A stretch of DNA of 63,966 nucleotides, the filler included, from Octopus bimaculoides (lineage: Eukaryota): the NCBI RefSeq assembly GCF_001194135.2. It is 6 parts of 6 records of this genome, joined end to end, with 100 filler letters (N's around TTAATTAATTAA, not from the genome) between each part and the next. Parts side by side here need not be neighbours in the genome. Positions count along the whole stretch, not along the records: positions 15,879 to 28,181 come from NC_068984.1; positions 28,282 to 45,581 come from NC_069005.1; 4 more parts are not named here. The stretch is one strand, 5' to 3'. Position 1 is the stretch's first letter. The number at the start of each line of letters is the position of its first letter. The translations under genes were made by a program, and so were the position numbers. Below are positions 25,466 to 39,109 of the stretch, one piece after another. The notes under the pieces are model-generated. The model was given only the letters and a program-made list of their open reading frames with translations. It was not told the origin of the DNA and ran no database searches.

Positions 25466-25774
25466 CTGAAAATATAAAAAAAAAAAAGTACAATAAAGAA
25501 GATTTCCTATTGATTTCTAATTTAGACAAGAAATTTTGGAGAGTCTGGCTGTCAAATTTATGAACACTAGGATTTCATTGCAAATTCATTTTATTGACCC
25601 AGGTGGGGTGAAGAGAAACATATTGTATAAAATTGTATTTGACAAGTTCTAGAGAGAAACGAAAGCGCTAACAATTACGGAGAAATAAAGGGATTTTTTC
25701 CCAAAATTCTGACGCCTTTCCTTCTCAATATTCAATTCTGTACATCACACCCAATACTCTGTGTGTGTGTGTGT

Positions 25775-25806
<32 letters not shown>

Positions 25807-26362
25807 GTGTGTGTATATTTTTTGCTGGGTCACAGGAGCAATAAGCACTGGGGGTGTGCGGGGGCAACTTCTAAAGCCCCAAGTGTCTGTGTACACCAAT
25901 ACTTGAATGACAGGCTCTGATGCCCTTGAGGCAAATATTCTTGTTGCCTGCAACAAATAGTTTTAAAGTGAAACTGAGTCCATGGATTACTCCAATCCCA
26001 CACTTTAGACTTGGAATTCTGACCCCAATGGCTCAGGGGACTAAAACAGGTAGGGTGACCAGCAAGCTGTAGGTTTTACATTGGAGTAGCCTTCTCTGGA
26101 GGTTAATTGCTTTAAAGGGCTGCAGAGCTCCACCTACCCTGGGTTTGCTGGAAGAGTGTCAAAGAGGGGCTGCCAAACAGCCTGAATGGACTCCACTCCT
26201 CGATGGGCTGTCAGGGCAGACTTCCCAAGCCTTTTCCATTCTCAAAGCAGTGAGAGTCCATGTTCAGAGTTTCTTCCATCACCCACCCTAGTTGACCCAT
26301 AGCTGAGACCCTGACCAGTGTTACTATTCCAGATCAGAGTAGACTTGGTATCAATAGTGGTT

Positions 26363-26503
26363 AAGGGGTCATTCCACACGCCCAAAACTCTCAAACCAGG
26401 GGTTATTCCACATGTCCGAAACTCTCAAACCAGGGGTCGTTCCACATGCCCAAAACTCTCAAACCAGGGGTCGTTCCACATGCCCAAAACTCTCAAACCA
26501 GGG
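26363..26503. repeat. 34-bp minisatellite, 4 units
   Basis: Unit CAGGGGTCGTTCCACATGCCCAAAACTCTCAAAC; last two units identical; no spacers. Confidence 0.92.
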
Positions 26504-26526
26504 CTCCACTGTCAACTGCAATTTAA

Positions 26527-26746
26527 CCATACAGCATTTAACCCGACCATATCCAGCTGAAATATTCTGCTTTTTTTCTAACCAGGCAGATCTGGCTTTT
26601 CACACTTACCCTACAAAGTTGTTCTGAAGATCATCAAAATCGCATCATCAAAATCTCAAAGCTACTACAAGATAATCCATGATTAACTAAAAACAATGGA
26701 ATTAAATAAGCCCCACATTAGACAGAATAATCTGAATGCTAAAGGG
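26527..26746. mobile_element. piggyBac-type MITE, family of 30400-30599
   Basis: TTAA|CCATACAGCATTT ... GAATAATCTGAATGCTAAAGGG|TTTAA. Confidence 0.7.
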
Positions 26747-26852
26747 TTTAACTCCTACCTGGGATAACAGTAATAATAGCCAGGGTGTTCGGAGCATAAA
26801 TACTGGACAGGGATTGGCTTTGGAAGTTTTAAGTTAGAAAGATGCCATTTAC

Positions 26853-26937
26853 CTCTTTTCTTTGTCTGTAAATAGGAATCCAGATGCGCAAGACCTGCCT
26901 CGCTTAGTTTGCTGGTTATCAGTTCTGGAATATCAAT
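26853..26937 (-). CDS. SNX14: Sorting nexin-14 exon (PXA)
   Basis: ttccag|ATT...AGA G|gtaaat; IDIPELITSKLSEAGLAHLDSYLQTKKR vs human [28 protein letters not shown]; 85 bp, phase 0 to 1. Confidence 0.95.
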
Positions 26938-28021
26938 CTGGAACATAGAAATAACGACAGCATACGATTTACATAGAATCAATAAATAAAAATAATATAG
27001 AATTTGGAACTGATTAACACAAGGGTTAGCTTTTAATTAGCAACATCTGTCTTGAAATTGGAACAAATTAGGGAAGATGCCATTCTGTTGCTTCTCACTC
27101 CTGCCAGGTACTAAACCTGCCCCCCCCCCTTCACTTCTTATACACATTTGCGATCAACCCAACCATTTGTCATCTCTCAGACATTGTTGGAAGGTTTTAA
27201 TGTAGATCTCTTTAAAACAAAAGTTTGTGTCAGAAAAATAGAAGACAATCTCAGGCAGGTTCACATCAGAAGAGTTGAGCCCTAAAAATGGCAGAATACA
27301 AATCTAAGATGTTACATTTGTAAACCTTAAAACCCAAATGGTGAGAATGATTATGTCAGTCCTACTGCTACTGATGATGATGATGATGATGTTCACGTTA
27401 TTGTATTAGATTAACATCATCAGAGGAGTTAATACTTTTACCTCTTATAATAACACAAAAAAATTGTAAGCCATTTTGTAGCTACATGTGCTACAAACAA
27501 CAGTCAAATATCTCTTTAGTGAGCAGAAACTTGGTACAGAGTGAGTGAGAGCAGGAGAAATCCCTAGGGAAAGAACTCCTTGTTAGTTCTCAATATTCTT
27601 AGGGAGCCAGGCCCACCTGAGAAGTGACTCCTGGGTGTCCTTCTGCTATTATACGTCACCTTTAGTAAGGATGGAACTTGGAATCTTTGGGTGACAAACT
27701 GGGTTTTCTTCCTTCTATAGCCACACAGATCACCTATGATACTATGTTAATAAAATAAAAAACACAAAAGATAGTGTAGTCCTAGATACATTGTGAATGA
27801 ATAAAAGAGTAGATTGAGAAAGCTGGAATGATGACAGGTGTTCATGATCAGAAGAGACAGACACAAACCAACAAAACAATCAATCATTGTTTCAATATAT
27901 TTGACCAAACTTACACAACAACACATCAAACAATATAATTCTCAAACCTCTTCAGTTTCTAAGATTTGGGGATTTTTTCAGTGAAATATTGTTTTATTTT
28001 TACCTTATAAAAAAAACTTAC

Positions 28022-28109
28022 CTTTTGTGCTCGTCTTAAGAGAACAGCAGCAAAAAACCGTACACTATTTCGCAGTTCTTGAACAAATTCTTCATCTTCA
28101 CTTAAATCT
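28022..28109 (-). CDS. SNX14: Sorting nexin-14, internal exon (PXA domain start)
   Basis: ttttacag|A GAT...AAG|gtaagt; encodes (R)[29 protein letters not shown], matching remembered human SNX14 [30 protein letters not shown]; 88 bp, phase 2 to 0. Confidence 0.95.
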
Positions 28110-28129
28110 CTGTAAAATAAATAAAATAT

Positions 28130-28181
<52 letters not shown>

Positions 28182-28281
28182 NNNNNNNNNNNNNNNNNNN
28201 NNNNNNNNNNNNNNNNNNNNNNNNNTTAATTAATTAANNNNNNNNNNNNNNNNNNNNNNNNNNNNNNNNNNNNNNNNNNNN
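28182..28281. other. Synthetic 100-bp assembly spacer
   Basis: N44-TTAATTAATTAA-N44. Confidence 0.95.
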
Positions 28282-28289
28282 CAGAAGTT

Positions 28290-28680
28290 GTTGTTGTTGG
28301 CACTCCGTTGCTTACGACGTTGAGGGTTCCAGTTGATCCGATCAACGGAACAGCCTGCTCGTGAAATTAACGTGCAAGTGGCTGAGCACTCCACAGACAC
28401 GTGTACCCTTAACGTAGTTCTTGGGGAGATTCAGCGTGACACATAGTATGACAAGGCTGGCCCCTTTGAAAATACAGGCACAACAGAAACAGGAAGTAAG
28501 AGTGAGAGAAAGTTGTGGTGAAAGAGTACAGTAGGGTTCGCCACCATACCCTGCCGGAGCCTCGTGGAGCATAAGGTGTTTTCGCTCAATAAACACTCAC
28601 AACGCCCGGTCTAGGAATTGAAACCGCGATCCTATGACCACGAATTCGCTGCCCTAACCACTGGGCCATTGCGCCTCCAC
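28290..28680 (-). mobile_element. SINE family C, complete young copy
   Basis: gttccagttgatccgatcaacggaacagcctgctcgtg...ccctaaccactgggccattgcgcctcc. Confidence 0.88.
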
Positions 28681-28796
28681 AGGTTTTAATGTAGATCACT
28701 TCAAAACAGGGTACCTGTATAACAGAACCAAGAGCAGTCTCAGGTACATTGGTACCAAAGGAATTGGTAACTTTTAACAACATTCAAAGCTATTAA

Positions 28797-29038
28797 CCTC
28801 TTTACTGCAGGAAGCAGATATATCCATTCAAAATTTCATTATCCTAAATTGCAGAATGCCGTTTTTATATACCAATCTATCTTTTGTTGAGGAATGTCAT
28901 TTTGAAACTATTTTCTGTTGAGATATGTAAAGTTTACTGCGGCAACATGACTTGCAGAAAATACCAATTCTCCTTGTTTGATAGATATTTAACATCGTTA
29001 CTGGAATAACTATGAAATTTAGTTTGATAGTGAAAGGG
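28797..29038. mobile_element. Probable piggyBac-type MITE
   Basis: TTAA|CCTCTT ... GAAAGGG|TTAA, imperfect TIR. Confidence 0.5.
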
Positions 29039-29936
29039 TTAAATTCAGTTTCCATTTAAATTATTTGATGAGGTGCAGAAATTTTCAGTGCATAATTGAG
29101 ACCTTGTTCCTGACAGTTCCGCAGCAACAGTTGCAATGGAACTATGGCAGTGACCAAGTTGCAGTTGTGTGGTGGAAATTTTGACTTCTCGTGAAATAAA
29201 TTTGAAGTGAATTTAACAGCTTTGTGTGTTATTTAGAGTTGTATGTACAGGCCTGGGCAAGATATTTTCAAAGAAAGACCATAATTTGTGTGTGTGTATG
29301 TGTACATGTATGTTAAGTGAACAATTTTGTTACGTGTGAGCACACACTCATTCACAATCAGTAAACTGAAGTACCAGTTATGTACTGAAGATTGATTTAT
29401 CATCTCATGACTTGCCTACCTAATTAACATGTTACTACTGAAGTGCACCAGGCAACGGAACTGCTAACAACCACAGCATGTTACACTTGGCCTTCTCTTG
29501 AGTCTTGAAGGCGAAAAGGAATCTCCACACAATATGTCAGCTTAGCTAAGGCCAATATTGTGTTACCCCAAAATTCTCTCTCTCTCTCTCTTTCATATGC
29601 ACACACAGTATGAGAATGTGAGAGAGACAGACAGAGAATGTAGAGAAAGGTGCATGTCTGCCTCTTCTAAACTGTCGGTAAATTTGTTTCTCATGCACTC
29701 AATCTCTCTCAAACCTATGTACCCCTCTCTCTATCTTGTATGCCTCTTTCTAACCTGTGTGTCCCTTCCCTCTCTCTAACTAGTATGTCACTCTCTCTAA
29801 CCTGTGTAATTCTCTTTCTCTCTCTAATATACAGATAGGTAGGAATAGAAGTTTATTTTATTTGTTTTTCTTCCACTGCTGCAGCAGCTGAGAGAGGGGG
29901 TAGACAGGGAAAGGAGAGAGAGAGAGAGAGACAGAC

Positions 29937-29967
<31 letters not shown>

Positions 29968-30399
29968 CAGAGAGAGAGGAGCTGTTCTGGTGCCAATATC
30001 AAAACTTAAAGATTCATCTTATTAATAACAGATGTAGAAAGGATATTTTCCAAGTTTTAATAAATAGAAATAATAAAAATAAAAAAATTTTAATTTAATT
30101 TACGCATAAGTATTTATTTGCTAATGTGCAAGATAAAAAAATGAAATATAGATAAAAGTAAATTTCAAAGAAATTTCTCAAGTTATTAATTTCTTTATCT
30201 TATCTCTTGACTGAATTTACCAAAGTTTTCGGCTATTTCTGCAAAATAAACCAGAACTGGAGTAATTAACAATATTTCCAACATTGAAACACATTTAGAA
30301 GCTGCAAGAGGAGTATATAGCTGATCCACTCTCTCAATTTATATTGGCTCTACCACCACCAGAAAAATTAATGGTTAAGTCAACCTCAACAATATTTAA

Positions 30400-30599
30400 C
30401 CCTCTAGCATTTAAACCATTCATATCCAACCAAAATATGACATCTGTTTCATTTTCAAACTGACCAGATCCAGACTCTCACATCTACCCTACAATGTTAT
30501 TCTACATTAAACAATCACATCGTCTAAATCTCAAGGATATGAGATGATGCATGAATCAATAAGCATTGTGTTTGATAGAATAATCTGAACACTAAAGGG
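30400..30599. mobile_element. piggyBac-type MITE (second family)
   Basis: TTAA|CCCTCTAGCATT ... ACTAAAGGG|TTAA; same family at 26527-26746 and ~43880-44087. Confidence 0.8.
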
Positions 30600-33500
30600 T
30601 TAACCCTTTGAACATGGGGAGCAAAATAAACCTGCTCAAATTTTTAATACTGTTAACTACAGAAAGTGGTATTACCCCACAGCTTTAGAAAAAAAAAACC
30701 TTTCTTGTGAGAAACAGAGATACCCTGAGTGCCACACTTTTTGAAAGATGATTTTTTTTAGGTTTTCTTAATTTTTTCACATCAGCTAATATCTCTTTTA
30801 CAGAGCAAGAATCAAACACTTTTAGTGGTAGAAACGAAAACTGTATTTAGAGGAGATACTGAAAAAGTATCTACTGCAAGAATAGATATGTTTTTTTTTT
30901 TTTGTAGAAGCAGAAAATATCTATTCTATTTTTTGGTGGATAATTAACATCATTAATGGCAATGACCATGAAATTTAATTACGCAGTCAAAAAGTTAAAC
31001 TTAGGAATGTAAATAGATGTAACTAAATGCTGTCAGAGTCATTTAGTCTAAAGTCTGCCTTATGTTACAGGCACATTAGGAAGAAGCTTATCCGGGTTTC
31101 TATTGTGTTCAGCCATCGAGAGTACATCTAAAGAATGCCAGTGCGTGACAGGATTGACCCAGCTATTGCTGATAGTTATATTCCACTGAGTGAACTAGAA
31201 TAATGCGAAATAGAAGTGCCTTGCTCAAGAACAGAACCAGCCACTCAGTCCAAGAATAGAACACCCAGCCTAAAGATCGTAAGTTTAATACTTTAGCCAG
31301 TAGGGAACATGCCTCCACTCATTTGTTTTGACACTGCCAATTCTGCTTTATGTTGTTGACAGTGTATCGTCAAAATCCCCCAACACCACCACCAATACTT
31401 AACACTTTCGTCACCATATTTCTGGTGCGATATTCTGTGTTTCTTTCAATTAATTTTAAATATAACAAAGAATTTAGTAAAATAACTTAGTTATCATTAA
31501 GCTAGTGTTAGGAACATAAATTGTGACTAAGGTTTGGTGGAAGATTTTAATTCAGAACTTTTGAAAACAAGGCATTTGTACAGGCCCAGTATTTTACTGG
31601 TTCTTTATTACTTAGTGAAGACAGAGGTATTGTTTTCAGTCACGTTTGTTTGTTTGTTAGTCTGTGGACAAGATATTTCAAGATACCATCTGATGGATTT
31701 GGATGAAACTTTCAGGGATGTTTGGCTTCATGACTGCATGAACTGGTTAGATTTTGGGATCAAGCCGATACCAGACAAGGATTCTGGATTATTTTTACTG
31801 TTTTTTTTTACTTAATTTTTGAGAGCAGTCAGGTTCATTTTCAGTATTCTCGTTTGTGAGAGCAGTCGATTTTTAAAATGAGAATATTTCAAATAAACTC
31901 ATCACTGGCTAATCATTGAGAGGACATTGGTGTTGCCTTGGTGGAGGTTAGTGCTCTCTGAGTGCTCTTGTTTCTTATTATTACCATGAAGGCAAAAGGC
32001 AAAGTTGCTATTGGTGGGATTTGAACTCAGAACATAAAGAGTTAGGATTAACAGTGCAAGGCATTTTGTGCAATGCAATATTGATCCTGCCTATCTATCA
32101 TCATCATCATTTAGCATCTGCTATCTATGATGGCATGGATTAAATGGTCTGACCGAAACTGGTAAGCCAGAGAGCTGCACCAGGTTCCAATCTGACTTGG
32201 AATGGTTTCTACAGATGGATGCCCTTCCTAACACCAACCACTCCAAGAGTGTAATGGGTACTTTTACATGCCACCAGCACTGTTATCAGTTACGTGACAC
32301 TGGCATCAGCTAAGACTACACTTTCACTTGGTTTGAGAAGTCTTTGCAAGCACAGCATATTGCCAAAGGTTTTGATCACTAATCATTGTCTCCGTGAGGC
32401 TCAATGTTTGAAGGGTACTTTTTATGTACCACTGGCATGGGTGCCAGTTACATGAAACTACAATTTCGACTACAATTTCACTAAAATTCAAATTTTTTGT
32501 TTCTTATTATGTGTTTCTTATTTTTAGACTAAACTACACATTGTCACAATAAAATGTTTCAACCTACAGACACAAGCCATTGTACACACAGAAAATTTTT
32601 TTATTTCAAGTGAATTTGATCCCTAGAAAACCTCAAAACAAAAGTATTTTATTCGTTATTGTACCAACACATTGTCATCAGAAATGAAAAAAATTATACA
32701 AAGAAAATTAAGAACCCACATACACACATCAAAAAGACACACACACGCAGAAACAATCATACTTGCAACTCCTAGTTACAAAGACAAGTCATTCATCATA
32801 CACACAGCACATATGTCACAAACAACACACACAGATACAAAGACACAGACGCACTTAGAGACACATACACATATACACACAACACTTAGGCAAAAAGACA
32901 TGACATTGATAAAGGCTAACACACATGCACATCGAAACACACACACACACACAGACACACACACACACACACACACACAGTTCTATAAAAGTTTGTTTAC
33001 AAATTCAGTGACTTGTTCATCAAAAATTATGAATGAATACCTCTAACCATATCTCTAACTCTTTTACAAAAATCTCATTCCCTCTTTAGCTGCCTTCCTC
33101 TTACATACACATACATTCTCATGAAAGGAGATATACGTGTGTGTGTGTATANNNNNNNNNNNNNNNNNNNNNNNNNNNNNNNNNNNNNNNNNNNNNNNNN
33201 NNNNNNNNNNNNNNNNNNNNNNNNNNNNNNNNNNNNNNNNNNNNNNNNNNNNNNNNNNNNNNNNNNNNNNNNNNNNNNNNNNNNNNNNNNNNNNNNNNNN
33301 NNNNNNNNNNNNNNNNNNNNNNNNNNNNNNNNNNNNNNNNNNNNNNNNNNNNNNNNNNNNNNNNNNNNNNNNNNNNNNNNNNNNNNNNNNNNNNNNNNNN
33401 NNNNNNNNNNNNNNNNNNNNNNNNNNNNNNNNNNNNNNNNNNNNNNNNNNNNNNNNNNNNNNNNNNNNNNNNNNNNNNNNNNNNNNNNNNNNNNNNNNNN

Positions 33501-34429
33501 NNNNNNNNNNNNNNNNNNNNNNNNNNNNNNNNNNNNNNNNNNNNNNNNNNNNNNNNNNNNNNNNNNNNNNNNNNNNNNNNNNNNNNNNNNNNNNNNNNNN
33601 NNNNNNNNNNNNNNNNNNNNNNNNNNNNNNNNNNNNNNNNNNNNNNNNNNNNNNNNNNNNNNNNNNNNNNNNNNNNNAATTTCCCAGTGGGTGATTCCTT
33701 ATTCTCACAACCGTCAAGATATGAAATGGAATTATTTCTTTGGTTATTAAAGCAGTGAGCTGGCAGTACCATTAGCATGCTGGACAAAATGCTTAGCGGC
33801 ATTTCATCATCATCATCATCGTTTAACGTCCGCTTTCCATGCTAGCATGGGTTGGACGATTTGATTGAGGACTGGTGAAACCGGATGGCAACACCAGGCT
33901 CCAATCTAAATTTGGTAGAGTTTCTACAGCTGGATGCCCTTCCTAACGCCAACCACTCAGAGAGTGTAGTAGGTGCTTTTACGTGTCACCTGCACGAAGG
34001 CCAGTCAGGCGATGTTCTGAGTTCAAATTCCACGGAGGTCAACTTTGCCTTTCATCCTTTCGGGGGTCAATAAAATAAGTACCAGTTGAGCACTGAGGTC
34101 AACTTACTCCTCCTCAAAATTACTGGTCTTGAGCCAAAATTTGGGACCAATATATTATTTGTTTGATTCCAATCATCTAATAAAAGTAAAAACTGGCTTT
34201 CCACTGGTTATGACGAGGGGTCCAATTGATCAGATCAGTGGAATTGCCTGCACATGAAATCAATGTGCAAGTGGCTGAGCACTCCACAGACACATATACC
34301 CTTAATGTAGCTCTCAGAGAGACTCAGTATGACACAGAATGTGATAAGGATGGCCCTTCGAATTACAGGTACTACTCATTGTTACCAGCTGAGTGGATTG
34401 GAGCAACGTGAAATAAAGAGCAATTTCGG

Positions 34430-34994
<565 letters not shown>

Positions 34995-35800
34995 NNNNNN
35001 NNNNNNNNNNNNNNNNNNNNNNNNNNNNNNNNNNNNNNNNNNNNNNNNNNNNNNNNNNNNNNNNNNNNNNNNNNNNNNNNNNNNNNNNNNNNNNNNNNNN
35101 NNNNNNNNNNNNNNNNNNNNNNNNNNNNNNNNNNNNNNNNNNNNNNNNNNNNNNNNNNNNNNNNNNNNNNNNNNNNNNNNNNNNNNNNNNNNNNNNNNNN
35201 NNNNNNNNNNNNNNNNNNNNNNNNNNNNNNNNNNNNNNNNNNNNNNNNNNNNNNNNNNNNNNNNNNNNNNNNNNNNNNNNNNNNNNNNNNNNNNNNNNNN
35301 NNNNNNNNNNNNNNNNNNNNNNNNNNNNNNNNNNNNNNNNNNNNNNNNNNNNNNNNNNNNNNNNNNNNNNNNNNNNNNNNNNNNNNNNNNNNNNNNNNNN
35401 NNNNNNNNNNNNNNNNNNNNNNNNNNNNNNNNNNNNNNNNNNNNNNNNNNNNNNNNNNNNNNNNNNNNNNNNNNNNNNNNNNNNNNNNNNNNNNNNNNNN
35501 NNNNNNNNNNNNNNNNNNNNNNNNNNNNNNNNNNNNNNNNNNNNNNNNNNNNNNNNNNNNNNNNNNNNNNNNNNNNNNNNNNNNNNNNNNNNNNNNNNNN
35601 NNNNNNNNNNNNNNNNAAAAAAAAAAAAAAAATTGTATGAATTAAGCTTCAAACTGAAAATAGTCTCAGGTAAAATTGTACCAAACTTCCTGTAACTTAT
35701 TAACCTTGCAGTCAGATATATTATGAATAATAATCTGTTATTTATAGGTCATTTTCATACCACTTGCATGCTTTTGTAGGCCTCTTATAATGATGAAGCA

Positions 35801-36186
35801 TTTCAGAAGTATGACTGTGGCCATGCTGGAGCAACGCCTTTTAGTCGAGCAAATCGACCTCAGGACTTATTCTTTGTAAGCCTAGTACTTATTCTATCGG
35901 TCTCTTTTTGCCGAACCGCTAGGTTACGGGGATGTAAACACACCACCATCGGTTGTCAAGTAATGGTGGGGGTACAAACACAGACACACAAACACACATA
36001 CATATATATCTTTATACATATATACAACGGGCTTCTTTCAGTTTCTGACAACCGAATCCACTCACAAGGCTTTGGTTGGCCCGAGACTATAGTAAAAGAC
36101 ACATTGCCAAGGTGCCACGGAGTGGAACTGAACCCGGAACCATGTGGTCGGTAAGCAAGCTACTTACCACACAGCCACTCCTGCTC
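35801..36186 (-). mobile_element. SINE family A, complete copy
   Basis: Reverse complement of the 13024-13500 head and tail. Confidence 0.88.
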
Positions 36187-36439
36187 ATAATAATAATAAT
36201 GATGATGACAATCATAATGATAAAGGCAATGACCAGCCAGAATTGTTACTGTTCTGGACAAACTGCTTAGTGGCATGTCTTCAGGCTCTTTACATTCTGA
36301 CTGCAAACAGCACTAAGGTCGCCTTTACCTTTCATCCTCTCAGGCTCGATTAAATAAGTACCAGTTGAGCACTGGTTTCAATGTAATCAACTGCCCCTCC
36401 CCTCAAAAACTGCTAGCCTTGTGCCAAAATTAGAAAGAA

Positions 36440-36474
<35 letters not shown>

Positions 36475-36676
36475 TTATACAATTTGTTCTGTCCTATTTT
36501 GTTTGCAATAATAATCTCAGACCTACCAGATCTATAAAATCAAATCAATAACATTCAAGAATATGATACAATACATATGAATTGTGCCAAAATAAAACAC
36601 TTTCTCAAGGACAACTTCTTTTCATCAAGAAAATTGTCTGATTAGATAGATAATCAATAGAATAGAGTTTAGGATT

Positions 36677-36780
36677 TTAGATTTTTGCTTCTATTTGTTT
36701 GTTGATTTTGTTCTCAATAAAATTATATAGTTTTTCCCTGAAGAAAGCAGCAGCTGTCAGTAAGTTGCCAAGACCAACTC
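36677..36780 (-). CDS. Candidate terminal coding exon
   Basis: Strong polypyrimidine acceptor tttggtttcctctgtattgtag|GA GTT...ATC TAA; (G)VGLGNLLTAAAFFREKLYNFIENKINKQIEAKI*. Confidence 0.3.
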
Positions 36781-37019
36781 CTACAATACAGAGGAAACCA
36801 AATGAGAATGAGAAAGCCTCTATGTTGTTTACAAAGATAACACACACAAAACACAACATACACACATATATACATAAGAGGTGCAAGCATAGCTGTTTGG
36901 CAAGAAATCTGCTTCCCAACCATATGGCCAGATTTAGTCCCACTCCATGGCACCTTGGGTAAATGGCGTCAGTAGTGCTTCTTCCACAGATGAGGCCGAA
37001 CTGTGATAAACAAATTTGG

Positions 37020-37640
37020 TTAACCGTGGCTGTGTGATAAGAAGTTTGCTTCCCAACTGCATGGTTCCAGGTTCAGTCCCACTGTGTGGCACCATGGGCA
37101 AGTGTCTTTTACTACAGCCTCAGGCCAACCAAAGCTTTGTGAGTGGATTTGGTAGACAGAAACTGAAAGCAGCCCATCTTATATATACATATATATATGT
37201 ATTTATCTCTTTACTACCCACAAGGGGCTACACACAGAGGGGACAAACAAGCACAGACAAACGGATTGAGTCGATATCGACCCCAGTGTGTAACTGGTAC
37301 TTATTTAATCGGCCCCGAAAGGATAAAAGGCAAAGTCAACCTCAGCGAAATTTGAACTCAGAACATAGCAGCAGAAGAAATACCGCTAAGCATTTCGCCC
37401 GGCGTGCTANNNNNNNNNNNNNNNNNNNNNNNNNNNNNNNNNNNNNNNNNNNNNNNNNNNNNNTGATAACTGGTGTTGGTGTGTTTACATCCCCATAACT
37501 TAGCGGTTCAGCAAAAGAGACTGATAGAATAAGTACTGGGCTTTAAAAAAAAATAAGTCTAGGGGTTGATTTATTTGACTAAAACCCTTCAAGGCAGTGC
37601 TCCAGCATGGCCACAGTCAAATGATTGAAACAAGTAAAAG
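37020..37640 (+). mobile_element. SINE family A with a nested minus-strand family-B SINE (~37205-37409)
   Basis: A head gtggctgtgtgataag; B body cgaccccagtg...ctaagcatttcgcccggcgtgcta; A tail resumes after the gap. Confidence 0.82.
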
Positions 37641-38202
37641 AACAAGAGAATACCAAACAATCAGATACCAACAAATGCAAGTAGAATTAACATCTAATAC
37701 TAAACAACCCATTAATTATAATTGCTTTCCCTATAATCTAATATGCATAATTTTTCTAAAAATCGTTTTTAGCATATTATCAATAGATGGATAACTAATT
37801 GTCATGATGTAGCATTTCTATGTTTCTAATTGTTGTGAAATAGAATTCTAATGTTTATTCTTCATTCTTTCATTATCTACTGACGTCATTAAAAGTTAAA
37901 TGTTAAACTGGCATTTCTTAGAATATTATATTTCTTCATAACGTTCTGTTTGTGTGCGTTCATCTATTAGAGATATTTTCTTAGTTCACTTTGAATTTAA
38001 CCCATTTTGGATTGCCTTTGATAACTTTGTATTAGCATATATTTTTGGATATATCAATTTGACTGGAATTTTATACTTCTTTCCCATATCAAAATATGCT
38101 GGCACAATAGACACAATCATCAGTAATGTATGATGTAATCACCAATTAAAGATGTGATTTTCTCCATTCTTGTTCATGTTGTTATATATATATATATATA
38201 TA

Positions 38203-38368
38203 GGCGCAGGAGTGGCTGTGTGGTAAGTAGCTTGCTTACCGACCACATGGTTTCGGGTTCAGTGCCACTGCGTGGCACCTTGGGCAAGTGTCTTCTACTA
38301 TAGCCTCAGGCTGACCAAAGCCTTCTGAGTGGATTTGATAGACGGAAACTGAAAGAAGCCCATCGTAT
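38203..38368 (+). mobile_element. SINE family A 5' half
   Basis: ggcgcaggagtggctgtgtggtaag...gaaagaagcccatcgtat. Confidence 0.88.
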
Positions 38369-39073
38369 ATGTGTATGTGTGTGTGTGTGTGTGTGTGTNN
38401 NNNNNNNNNNNNNNNNNNNNNNNNNNNNNNNNNNNNNNNNNNNNNNNNNNNNNNNNNNNNNNNNNNNNNNNNNNNNNNNNNNNNNNNNNNNNNNNNNNNN
38501 NNNNNNNNNNNNNNNNNNNNNNNNNNNNNNNNNNNNNNNNNNNNNNNNNNNNNNNNNNNNNNNNNNNNNNNNNNNNNNNNNNNNNNNNNNNNNNNNNNNN
38601 NNNNNNNNNNNNNNNNNNNNNNNNNNNNNNNNNNNNNNNNNNNNNNNNNNNNNNNNNNNNNNNNNNNNNNNNNNNNNNNNNNNNNNNNNNNNNNNNNNNN
38701 NNNNNNNNNNNNNNNNNNNNNNNNNNNNNNNNNNNNNNNNNNNNNNNNNNNNNNNNNNNNNNNNNNNNNNNNNNNNNNNNNNNNNNNNNNNNNNNNNNNN
38801 NNNNNNNNNNNNNNNNNNNNNNNNNNNNNNNNNNNNNNNNNNNNNNNNNNNNNNNNNNNNNNNNNNNNNNNNNNNNNNNNNNNNNNNNNNNNNNNNNNNN
38901 NNNNNNNNNNNNNNNNNNNNNNNNNNNNNNNNNNNNNNNNNNNNNNNNNNNNNNNNNNNNNNNNNNNNNNNNNNNNNNNNNNNNNNNNNNNNNNNNNNNN
39001 NNNNNNNNNNNNNNNNNNNNNNNNNNNNNNNNNNNNNNNNNNNNNNNNNNNNNNNNNNNNNNNNNNNNNNNNN

Positions 39074-39109
<36 letters not shown>

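Noticed and set aside
26363-26503. CRISPR-like 34-bp repeats
   Set aside because: Units are contiguous with no unique spacers, no cas genes, eukaryotic context.
28720-28790. Possible missing SNX14 exon (LNVVKSYQFLWYQ)
   Set aside because: No AG|GT after WY, poor acceptor, and it lies across a synthetic spacer.
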